From Alloascoidea hylecoeti (lineage: Eukaryota), in contig BCKZ01000001.1 in assembly GCA_001600815.1 (NCBI GenBank), forward strand, positions 62,001-126,000: a DNA stretch of 64,000 nucleotides, written 5' to 3'. Made by a program: the position numbers and the translations under genes. This document shows, piece by piece, positions 10,834-21,211 of the stretch (position 1 is the first letter of the stretch; every line of letters starts with the position of its first letter). A model generated the notes under the pieces. That model did not search any database. It had not been told where the DNA came from and worked only from the letters and a program-made list of their open reading frames with translations.

Positions 10834-12504
10834 TATTTATAATATAAAGAATGATATTTTTTTTCTATTTTAACTTTAATTCATCTCATATATTTGAATA
10901 GTATTCAAATTTCAAATTAACATAATTTTCTTTTTTCTTTTTTCTTGTTACAGGTAAGTATATGTAAGCTTATACACATGCATAGATTACGATTATATTA
11001 ATAGCAATAATCATATATAAGGTTATAACTTATAATAAGTATTCAATTGTAGAATGTAGTTAAAAAATCTTGTTTAGATCTACTTTGTGTTAAAAGCCAT
11101 AGTTCCGATCATATGCTATGTATTAATGTTGAAAGTTCTTTATTGGAAGAAGTTCAAACAGAAAGCCATTTAATCAACGTTGATGATTAATAACACCGAA
11201 AACTATTTATATGGCAGTACTAGTTTTATAGAATGAAAAGATGTTAGACTCCAGGTTAGACAGCGGATTTGAAAAGTTTAAACATTGGAAATGATGGCAT
11301 AGACTTATAGGTTGAACGTTTAGTTTCGTAAAATATAAACCCACAAAATAATAATAAAATGAAAATAAAATATAATCTCAATAAATAATCTATATCCATA
11401 ATGATTCCATACAAGTTCGGTCATAAAGTATCTAATATGTCTCAACTTTGCCATCAATGAGACATCTCTAATATAGTTGATAAATTTCAGATATATTGAA
11501 TTAATTTATTCATAGCACTTCATAACCAAAAATATGTATCAATTATTAAGATAAAAAAACACAATTTATAAATGAACCTTTATAATAAGAATATCAATTT
11601 TTGTAGAAGAATTTAAGCTTATCAAGTTATATTAATCATCAATTTCTTGTGCCATTAGACGTATACTGCTAACACAAAACTCTTTTTTTCATTTGTACCA
11701 GGTACATCAACAAATTTAGAAGAATAGAAACGGTTTGTTTTATTTCACGAGTTTATCTATGGGAAATTCTAGAATGGATGAATTAACGGAAAATTTAATA
11801 AATGACATTAATAGTTAACAGAATTGTAATCACAGTAAGCGCTGAAATTATGATGCTTACTGTGGTAAAAGAGAATATAGTGCAATTACACTTATTCTCG
11901 GCCACTTGAGGTATCATATAACAGGCTATATAATGTAAAGTAATTCGATACTGTTGTTTGAGACCCAGGAACAATAGATTCACCAGTTGGTAAATAAACA
12001 TACGCCCATTTATTTATAGATATAAGTTGCTATGCCAAACAAGATCAAAACTACAAGCTTACCTCCTCAGGTTAATTAATTAAGGAACTTAGGTTAGACA
12101 GCTATTTCAGATCTTGTCATTTAAAGCCAGATATACTTGCTTTAGAATTCAAGACGATATTGTAACAGATGAATTCTATAAATGGAGTGAGTACAAGGGA
12201 GCTTTTAACTGGAATAATATTGATCCCGCAACAGAGGGCTTCAAAATGAATGTTTGTTGTATTCAATATCATATATTTAAGGATATTAGGCAGATTTATT
12301 CAAACTACCAATTGATTGTCCCTGTAATCAAACGATTTCCATATACAATAGGTGATTTTATAACCATAAAATCATTAATCAAGATTAATTCGTTTTGACG
12401 AACAAAAATTTGTGGTCACTATATTCATATGCATGGATAAAATACTTCAAAGCCCTACTATTGTTGCTAGTGGAAAATATTCCGTATACTAAGTGCTTGC
12501 AATT

Positions 12505-12715
12505 GTGTCAGGCGGCTGAATATTTATATGATGTGGTCCAATAATCAGTTGAAGAAGTAGCCGAATATAAAATCCAATAATTGGCCGAACATTTATGTCT
12601 GATGTGCCCGAATATCTGATTCAAATGGTGGCCGAATAGTTTGCGCAGCACTCGTGTACATATAGGCGTATATTTACTCCAACATGGGCGAATACAGGCC
12701 AACAAATGGCCGATA
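12505..12715 (-). repeat. Second periodic array of the TATTCGGCCAC family (GTGGCCGAATA on plus), ~8-9 units
   Basis: Units gcggctgaatattt, gtagccgaatata, ttggccgaacattt, gtgcccgaatatc, gtggccgaatagtt, atgggcgaatac; the reverse complement aligns colinearly with 6145-6207 including linkers (acttcttcaa). Confidence 0.85.
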
Positions 12716-12842
12716 CTACCAAGTGAGGGTAACACAATATAGAATTTTGATTAGATAAGCATATCCCTGATTTTTCTATTTTCTTGTTATCATATTTATG
12801 AACAAACCCAAGAAAAATTGGTGTTCTTATAATTAGTTTTAA

Positions 12843-15800
12843 ATGGCTTTAAATCTAAGCTTAAGTTCTACTCATAGTTCTGATTCTGTACAGAATGATC
12901 TTAAATTATTGGATGAAAAGGGCGATGAACAATTCTCTAAATCAGTCATAATACCCAAATCTGAAATATCTTTTTCTGATATTAAACCAGTTAATGTTCA
13001 AATTCGAAATCTATCATTGTTTTCAACCCCAAGGCGTTTAGGAGGTCTTCTTAAGCCAAAGGAAATAACAACTGTCAAATTATCTGATCCAGAAAAACAA
13101 TCAACTAAATCGAATCAAATTCTACATGATATTTCATTAGATGTTCCTTCTGGATCTATTATGGCAATAATTGGTGGTAGCGGATCCGGAAAAACATCAT
13201 TATTAAATCAAATCGCTCAAAGATCTTCTTCAAAAGGGTTAACCGTTCAAGGAAAAGTATATTTTAATGGACAAGAAGGTATTAATAATATTACACATGC
13301 CTATGTTATACAACAAGACATTTTATTACCGAATTTAACTTGTAGAGAAACTCTTCAATATGCAGCTGAATTAAGAATCCCTTCATCAGTTTCAAAATCT
13401 GATCGAAAAAATCTTGTTGAAGAAGTAATTCTTGAATTAGGATTAAAAGATTGTTCGGATACAATTGTCGGGGATTCAAGACATAAAGGATTATCAGGTG
13501 GTGAAAAAAGAAGATTAAGTATTGGTATTCAAATGCTTTCAAATCCTTCTGTATTATTCTTAGATGAACCAACTACTGGTCTTGATTCAAATTCTGCTTA
13601 TTTACTTATTAAAACATTGAAACAATTATCAAAACGAGGTAATCGAACATTTATATTAAGTATTCATCAGCCAAGATCTGACATTTTTTTTTTATTTGAT
13701 TCATTATATATTTTATCAAAGGGTAAAACAATTTATACAGGACTTGTTAAAAATACAATATCTTATTTTGAAAATTTAGGATTTTATGTTCCTGATCATG
13801 TTAACCCAGCAGATTATTTCATTGATATTTCATCTATCGATTCAAGAAGTGTTGAAACTGAACAAACAAGTACTGAACGTGTTAAAAGATTAGTCAATGA
13901 ATGGAAACCTGTTGCAGATACAAAATTCAATGATGAAATTGTTTCATTAAAACAAATAACAACTTCTCAGAGACGAAAAATATCAAGGGAATCAAAAGCA
14001 CCACTTTCTAGAGAAATTTTAATTTTAATAAAGCGTACAACTATTCTTACATCAAGGGATCTTACTGGAACATTAGGATTATATTTAGAAGCGTTGGTAT
14101 TAGGGACTATTGTAGGATGGGTATTTTATAAACCAGGCGATTCGTTAACTGGTATACGAACAACGGCTGGTGCTCTTTATACAGCAACCGCTCTTCAAGG
14201 TTATTTACTTTTACTATTTGAAATTTATAGACTTACTGCTATTGATATTCAAGTTTTTCATAGAGAAAGAAGTGAAAGTTGTGTCTCAGTATTAGGGTTT
14301 TTAATCTCTCGAAGAGTTTCAAAATTCTTAACAGAAGATTTTTTCATTCCACTTTTATTTTCAATAGTTACATTTTTTATGTTTGGTTTAAGAAATTCAT
14401 CACCAAAATATTTTTTTATTTATTTTGCAAATAATTTCTTGAATCATTTAACATCAATGTGTTTAGCAATGATGTCAACATCAATTTCAAATAATTTTGC
14501 ACAAGCTTCATTAGTTGCAAATCTTGCATTTACATTACAAAGTATGGCATGTGGATTTTTTGTTAATTCAAATCATATGCCTGTCTATGTTCGTTGGACA
14601 AAATATATTGCTTATATTTATTATGGACTTGGTGTTTCATTATCAAATCAATTTGATGGATATTTTGGATCATGTCCTTATGGAGATGAATTAAATCCAA
14701 ATTGTGAACAATATACTGGAAGTTTCATAATTAAAAGTTTTGCATTTCCTGTAACTTGGATTAAATTACCAATTTGTATTGTTTTTGCATGGGGTCTTGG
14801 ATTTTATATTGTTTCTGGTATAATATTTTCTATTAACAAGGTAGATGTAACAATGGCTAAGCGACATAAGTCAAATATTGAAAATAATCCAGTATTATCT
14901 GAAGATGAAAAGGGAGGTAAAGCTAAAGCTATGTCTGCTCCAGGTGCTGAAATAGATGTTATTGTTGACCTTAATAATATAAATCTATCCGTGTCTAAAC
15001 AATTCTCAATTTTTAATACAAGTAGTTCAACAAAGCATAAACATATATTGGATTCAATAAGTGCATCATTTGAACCACATAAAATTAATGTTATAATGGG
15101 TCCATCGGGTAGCGGTAAAAGTTCATTACTTAATTTAATTGCAGATAGATTAAAATCAGGAATTATAACAAGATATAATTCATCAGGAGAAATTTATGTT
15201 AATAATCAAATAATTTCTTCAAATACTCTTAAATCAATTTGTTCATATGTTTCGCAAGATGATGATTCTTTATTACCAACATTAACAGTTCGAGAAACTT
15301 TAGAATTTGCAGCAAAATTAAGACTTCCAAAAACAATTTCAAAAAATCAAAGAAATTCAATTGTAACAGATATAATTAATAAAATGGGTCTTAAAGAATG
15401 TTCGGATACTTTAGTTGGTAGTGAATTTGTTAAAGGTATATCAGGTGGTGAAAAAAGAAGAGTTTCAATATCAATTCAACTATTAAATAATCCAAAAATT
15501 TTATTATTAGATGAACCAACTTCGGGTCTTGATAGTTTTATTGCTGCATCAATTTTAAAAGTTTTACAAGATTTAGCGAATGAAGGAAGAACAATAATTT
15601 CAACAATTCATCAACCAAGATCTGATTTATTTAAACAATTTGGTAGAGTTTTATTATTAGCAAAAGGTGGCAAAGTTGTTTTCAATGGTGATGTTAATAA
15701 TATGGAAGAATATTTTAAAAATAAGGGTTATCCTTGTCCAAATTTAACAAACCCAGCTGATCATTATCTTGACGTTATTTCAGTTAATCTACAAAGTTTA

Positions 15801-16862
15801 AAAAAAGAAGAAATATCTAGAAAAAGAGTTGATGGTTTAATTGATAATTGGAAAGGTTATACTGAAAAACAAAAAGAAAATTCATCATTAATAAATGTAT
15901 CACCAATTGCAATTAACCATGACACAAACTTGGCCTTACCTACATCATTTGGTTCATTTACTCGTGAACCTGCTCCATTTATGCTTGCCTACTCTACATT
16001 ACTTCGAAGACAAGCTATCTGTATCAGAAGAAACACTGAACTTTTATTTGCCCGTATAATGCAAATCATTGGTATTGGTATAATTCTTGCTTTATATTTT
16101 GCACCTGTTCGTCATAATTATTACGATATTATGAATAGACTTGGATTAGTTCAAGAAATTACATCATTATATTTCATTGGAATGCTAAACAATGTTGCTT
16201 TATATCCATTAGAAAGGGATTTCTTTTATGAAGAACACGATGATAATGTATATACATCATTACCATTTATTTTAGCATATTCTACATTAGAATTACCTTT
16301 TGAAATATTTGCTTCTATTATATTTTCAGTATTTATTGTACTTGTTGTTGGATTACCAAGAACAGCACAAATGTTTTTCTCAACAATGTATTGTTCAGTT
16401 ATAATTGTTAATTGTGGAGAATCAATTGGTATTGCATTTAATACAGTATTTAAACATACAGGATTTGCAGTTAATGTCATTTCAACAATTCTTTCAATTG
16501 GTACTTGTATGGCAGGTATAATGTCACTTAATATGTCAAAAGTATTAAAAGGTTTTAATTATTTAAGTCCTTTAAATTATGCTATTAATGCTTTAATAAA
16601 TATGGCATTTAAAGGACAAACTTTCAAATGTAATGATTCTTTGAAACTTTCAAATGGAGAATGTTCTTTTAATACAGGTGAACAAGTCTTAGAATCTTAT
16701 GGGTTAAAGAAAAATTATAATGTTTATTTGGGGATTTTGATTGTTGTTGGGTTTATTTATAGATTATTGGCAATTGCATTTGTTTGTTTAAATAGGCTTC
16801 GTCTTGATAAGAGACATGATATTTTATTGAAATTAAGGAGAAAAAATGTTGAAACAATTTGA
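12843..16862 (+). CDS. Full-size ABCG transporter, (NBD-TMD)2 topology, YOL075C-like
   Basis: Two NBDs with Walker A GGSGSGKT/GPSGSGKS, signature (L/I)SGGEKRR, Walker B LDEPT(T/S)GLD and IHQPRSD, each followed by a hydrophobic TMD. Confidence 0.93.
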   Translation: MALNLSLSSTHSSDSVQNDLKLLDEKGDEQFSKSVIIPKSEISFSDIKPVNVQIRNLSLFSTPRRLGGLLKPKEITTVKLSDPEKQSTKSNQILHDISLDVPSGSIMAIIGGSGSGKTSLLNQIAQRSSSKGLTVQGKVYFNGQEGINNITHAYVIQQDILLPNLTCRETLQYAAELRIPSSVSKSDRKNLVEEVILELGLKDCSDTIVGDSRHKGLSGGEKRRLSIGIQMLSNPSVLFLDEPTTGLDSNSAYLLIKTLKQLSKRGNRTFILSIHQPRSDIFFLFDSLYILSKGKTIYTGLVKNTISYFENLGFYVPDHVNPADYFIDISSIDSRSVETEQTSTERVKRLVNEWKPVADTKFNDEIVSLKQITTSQRRKISRESKAPLSREILILIKRTTILTSRDLTGTLGLYLEALVLGTIVGWVFYKPGDSLTGIRTTAGALYTATALQGYLLLLFEIYRLTAIDIQVFHRERSESCVSVLGFLISRRVSKFLTEDFFIPLLFSIVTFFMFGLRNSSPKYFFIYFANNFLNHLTSMCLAMMSTSISNNFAQASLVANLAFTLQSMACGFFVNSNHMPVYVRWTKYIAYIYYGLGVSLSNQFDGYFGSCPYGDELNPNCEQYTGSFIIKSFAFPVTWIKLPICIVFAWGLGFYIVSGIIFSINKVDVTMAKRHKSNIENNPVLSEDEKGGKAKAMSAPGAEIDVIVDLNNINLSVSKQFSIFNTSSSTKHKHILDSISASFEPHKINVIMGPSGSGKSSLLNLIADRLKSGIITRYNSSGEIYVNNQIISSNTLKSICSYVSQDDDSLLPTLTVRETLEFAAKLRLPKTISKNQRNSIVTDIINKMGLKECSDTLVGSEFVKGISGGEKRRVSISIQLLNNPKILLLDEPTSGLDSFIAASILKVLQDLANEGRTIISTIHQPRSDLFKQFGRVLLLAKGGKVVFNGDVNNMEEYFKNKGYPCPNLTNPADHYLDVISVNLQSLKKEEISRKRVDGLIDNWKGYTEKQKENSSLINVSPIAINHDTNLALPTSFGSFTREPAPFMLAYSTLLRRQAICIRRNTELLFARIMQIIGIGIILALYFAPVRHNYYDIMNRLGLVQEITSLYFIGMLNNVALYPLERDFFYEEHDDNVYTSLPFILAYSTLELPFEIFASIIFSVFIVLVVGLPRTAQMFFSTMYCSVIIVNCGESIGIAFNTVFKHTGFAVNVISTILSIGTCMAGIMSLNMSKVLKGFNYLSPLNYAINALINMAFKGQTFKCNDSLKLSNGECSFNTGEQVLESYGLKKNYNVYLGILIVVGFIYRLLAIAFVCLNRLRLDKRHDILLKLRRKNVETI

Positions 16863-17423
16863 TTTGGGGGTAAAGAAATAAGTAAGACATTTCACAAGTT
16901 TAATTAAATAATTGACTTGCTTAGTTACATTGATTTGTTTGCTGTATTTTGTTTTTATAGATTGCCGTTTGTTTTGATTAGAGAGACAATGTTAATATAG
17001 TTAATTATCACGATTATACAATTTCTTATAAGCTTACATTTCATTCTATTATATATATTAACCAAACTTCTTTCTTATTAAAGGCGAAATATTCAGTACT
17101 GTTTATTATTCAGTACTAGCTCCACACATGACCTGTCTTATGTTTGTAAACCACTCCATTTTTTTGTCCATCCTATCATCAGATTTAATCAAGTTATTAA
17201 AACACCCAACTAAAACAGTTTCATAAAACAACCCCTTGATTTTTTAAACTCATAAAATATTCAGTTTTTGATTTAATTGATTATTATATATTTTTTGATT
17301 CTTGCTGATCTGCATATCATATGATACAAACAGAAAGTCAACTTAAACACCAAAATTTAAAGATTATAATAACATAAAATATCAAAATCCATTAATCAAA
17401 TAACATATTCATAAACTTCAACA

Positions 17424-18608
17424 ATGCAAACAAATAATGAGCGGATACGAGATGTTTGGGAATCAACACAAGATAATTTAGAAACAGCAGTTGGACAAGC
17501 CTATTCATCATATACAAACTTTCATAATCATTATCTATTACCATCAGTTGATAAATTATCATCAATACCATCATCATCACTATTTTCATGTTGTCCAATT
17601 TGTTGTCTTGGTAGAAGAAAATCGCATAAGAAAAATATTCGAAGAAACAGTGTTGATATCTTTTTTGATATGTATGATGATGAAGATGCTTTTGGTCATG
17701 ATGAATTAGAACGTTTGTTAAATTCAGATGTTTCACCTAATAACAACAATAACATCAACAATGATGATGGAATAAATTATGGAAGTTCGAATTTATTTGT
17801 ATCAGTCCCTGCAAAACATACTTCAAATGGACCTGGTAATTTTATTATTAAATTACCATCAGTTATTAAAAATTGGTGGTTTAATAAACCAGTTAGACTT
17901 GACACTGATCATGATTGTACAACAAGTATGTCAACTTCCGACTATCCAAGAGTAAGGTCTTCTACAAAATCTTCAACTACATCGAATGGATCAAGTACGT
18001 CATCATCAAATTTATTTGGGGATTCAATGATTGAAGATGCACAACCTGTTACAGATTTGATTACCCAATCATTAGTTTATAGAAACAGTGCAAGTTTTTC
18101 AAGTATTCTAGAAGAAGATGAAAGTGACGATGATGATGATGATGATCAAATTTCTCATGCTGTTTCAAGTAGTACCGATTTATATAAAGATGGGGTTGGA
18201 ACAAGTTCAAACAACAACAGCAAAACACACGATAAACCTAGACGTCGGGCAAATAGTGCAAGTTCTATAAGTACAGTGAGCTCAAGGACTAATTTAATAT
18301 TGACACAAACAGATGATGAACTACGAGAAGAAGAATTAAGAGTAGAAAGGGAAGAAGAAGAAGAAATTATAAATAAACGAAAAGCAGCAGAAGTTTTAAA
18401 AAAGCAACTTCAAGAGCAACAACATCAGCAAAAACAATTAGAAATGAAGATCAAACCAATCACGAGTTCAACATCGCTTTCAACTTTAGAACTCGACCCA
18501 AAAATAACTACTTCCTCTTCTGAACTAGCACCAAATCCAAATTCAGATTCTAATTTAATCACAACCCCAAAAGAAGATGACTCTCATATCCAATCAACAT
18601 CTAGATAA
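17424..18608 (+). CDS. Hypothetical fungal protein, low-complexity with an acidic coiled coil
   Basis: 394-aa ORF; motifs FGHDELERLL and DDELREEE...KRKAA; no function recognised. Confidence 0.75.
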   Translation: MQTNNERIRDVWESTQDNLETAVGQAYSSYTNFHNHYLLPSVDKLSSIPSSSLFSCCPICCLGRRKSHKKNIRRNSVDIFFDMYDDEDAFGHDELERLLNSDVSPNNNNNINNDDGINYGSSNLFVSVPAKHTSNGPGNFIIKLPSVIKNWWFNKPVRLDTDHDCTTSMSTSDYPRVRSSTKSSTTSNGSSTSSSNLFGDSMIEDAQPVTDLITQSLVYRNSASFSSILEEDESDDDDDDDQISHAVSSSTDLYKDGVGTSSNNNSKTHDKPRRRANSASSISTVSSRTNLILTQTDDELREEELRVEREEEEEIINKRKAAEVLKKQLQEQQHQQKQLEMKIKPITSSTSLSTLELDPKITTSSSELAPNPNSDSNLITTPKEDDSHIQSTSR

Positions 18609-18730
18609 AATAACCATTTATTTAACTGTCTCATTAATAACTTTTACTCAATATTCCAACATTTATTCAAATTTAAACAATAATATTAATACTATTAGCT
18701 TATATTCTTAAAAAATATAATAAAATAAAA

Positions 18731-18765
18731 CACGTGCACGTGCTTATTAAGCAATATCCGGGTAA
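18731..18765. promoter_or_regulatory. Tandem CACGTGCACGTG E-boxes and Reb1-type CCGGGTAA upstream of MDJ1
   Basis: Exact motif matches at 18731-18742 and 18758-18765. Confidence 0.65.
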
Positions 18766-18987
18766 TGATTATTTCAGTTTAGTTTGACAATTTTCAAATT
18801 TTCTTGTTCTCTTTTTTCTAGATTTTTCTCTTGTTGCATTTAAAACCGATATCGCTTCACGATCGTAATACATTTCAAAAAGCAAACAATAACAAGGAGA
18901 TTAAAGGTTGATATAAATAAAAAAATAGGAAATAAAAAAGAAAGAGGTTATAAAGGTTTTATTTGCTAGATAATATTAAGTATAAAG

Positions 18988-19058
18988 GTAAGTTTTAATA
19001 ATATTCAAATTTCTTGTTTATATGAATTCTAACTAAAAATGCGTTATTTTTCATTTAG
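18988..19058 (+). other. Probable 5'-UTR intron of MDJ1 ending immediately before the ATG
   Basis: GTAAGT donor at 18988, TTCTAAC branch at 19027-19033, TTAG acceptor directly followed by ATG 19059; in-frame TAG just upstream of the donor. Confidence 0.65.
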
Positions 19059-20627
19059 ATGTGGAGTTTATCATTTAAAAATCAACCATTATGTGGTGTT
19101 GGAAAGAAACGGCTGTTGAATTTTAGCTTAAATGGATCATCAAATCTATCAAAGGTTATCACTGGAAAGCATATTCAAGTTGTAAGTATTTAATTTTTGG
19201 TAAACTAAATGATTTATTATATATCATAACTAACAATTTCAACTTTATAGTCTAGATTTCATACATCAAAAACAAATATGGCAATGACAGATCCTTATCA
19301 AGAATTAGGAGTTGATAAAAATGCTGATTTATCACAAATTAAAAAAGCATATCGTAAATTGGCAAAACAATATCATCCAGATATAAATAAAAATGAAGGT
19401 GCAGATAAAAAGTTCCAAGATATTCAATCGGCTTATGAAATCTTATCAAATTCTGATAAAAAACAACAATATGATACTTTTGGATCTTCGGCTTTCAATG
19501 GAACAGCCGGTGGTCCGGGTGGTCCAGGTGCTGCTGGAAATCCTTTTGGTGGTAATCCATTTGGTGATGATTTTCAATCAATGCATATTGATTTAAATGA
19601 TATCTTTAATGCATTTACTGGTGGTGGTCGAAGTAGAAACAGTAGTAGAAGAGGTGGCTCATCTTCATACTTTACAGAATATGTAGGTGAGCATGTTGAA
19701 ATTGTCAAATCAATTTCATTAAAAGATGCAGTATTCGGCAAAGAAATTGAAGTCTCTTACACAGCTTTAGATCAATGTGAGCCATGTTCTGGATCTGGGT
19801 TAAAACCAAAAGCCAAGAAATCAACATGTCCAACTTGTCATGGTACAGGTACCTCAGTCAATTACTTACAAGGTGGATTTCAAATGGCTTCAACATGTCA
19901 CACTTGCGGTGGTAATGGTGTCGTTATTAAAAATTCAGATGCTTGTACTTCATGTCATGGATCAGGAGTTTCACACGTTTCTAAAAAAACTGAAATAAAC
20001 ATTCCATGTGGAATCAGCAATGGAACAAGATTAAAAGTTAGTGGAGAAGGAGATTCACCAAATACAACCTCAGGACCAAATGTTAAACTTCGTAAAGGTG
20101 ATTTATTTGTGAAAATTAGAGTTGAACCACATCCAAATTTCGTCCCATCAGGTTTAGATTTAAAAACAGCAAAACATATTCCGATGACAACTGCAGCATT
20201 AGGTGGTACAGTTGAAGTTCCTACCCTTGATGGAGAAACAATTAGATTGAAGGTTAAACCAGGTACACAACCAGGTAATATATTCTCAATTCCAGAAAAA
20301 GGTATTCCTCGTTTAGGTAAAAAATCGAGTAGAGGAGATTTAAAGATTGAATTTGTTGTTGATACTTTAAGACCAACAAGTGCTACACAAACAGCATTAC
20401 TTGAAGCATTAGCAGATGCATTTGATGATACAACAGCTACTAGAGCTGATCCTTCATGGAAATCACCTTCTAAATCAACGGAACCAAAGGCGGAAGCTGG
20501 AACTGAAGCCAAAACTGAATCCAAAGCCGAATCTCAGGAAAGTTCAAAGAGGGACGAAGATACAAAAACAGGAAGAATTGAAAAGTTTTTAAGTGATGCT
20601 TTCAAGAGAATAATAAAGGACAAATAG
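19059..20627 (+). CDS. MDJ1: Mitochondrial type I J-domain co-chaperone; coding exons 19059-19181 and 19251-20627
   Basis: J domain with HPD, G/F region and four CxxCxGxG zinc motifs. Intron 19182-19250 (GTAAGT..AACTAAC..TAG) adds a basic presequence ending in SRFHTS. Confidence 0.92.
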
Positions 20628-21211
20628 AAAGATTAACCGTAAAATAACCATTTTAATATTATCATAGATTTTGATAACACTCATATAATTATAAGATCTT
20701 ATAATTAGCTACCATAATAAGCTAGGAAATTATTGTTAATGTTGTATATTTGTTATTATTATTATTATTTGTAGAACGGATGATTAATTATATAGCTTTA
20801 GTTTATATATTGATTGTAAATAGAAATACTCATAGTTCGTGATCATGAATACAAATAGTTATAAATAAATTCATTATAGCCTCTGAGCGGAATGAATATC
20901 AAAAGCCCTGCATTGTTGTTCGCAAAAAAACGACACTTTTTATTAACTTCTGCATTGCCAGGTTTCTTAAATTAAACATCGTAAACAAAAAAATAAGATA
21001 ATGAAAAAAATAATAAAAATGCGTGTTTAAAACTTTCTTTCTCTTATTCACGTTCTTAGTTTTTTTATCTTCTTTAAATATAAGAAATTTGGAGGTTTTA
21101 ATTTGATTTCTAATTTTTTTCTTTTTGACATTAATAAATTTCATATTTTTAGTTGCTAATTTTTGAGTGGGCCTTCCTCACATAAACTCCACTCTTTCGG
21201 TATCAACAAGA

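Noticed and set aside
19955..20524. 189-aa minus-strand ORF
   Set aside because: Entirely antisense to MDJ1, non-ATG start, no motifs.
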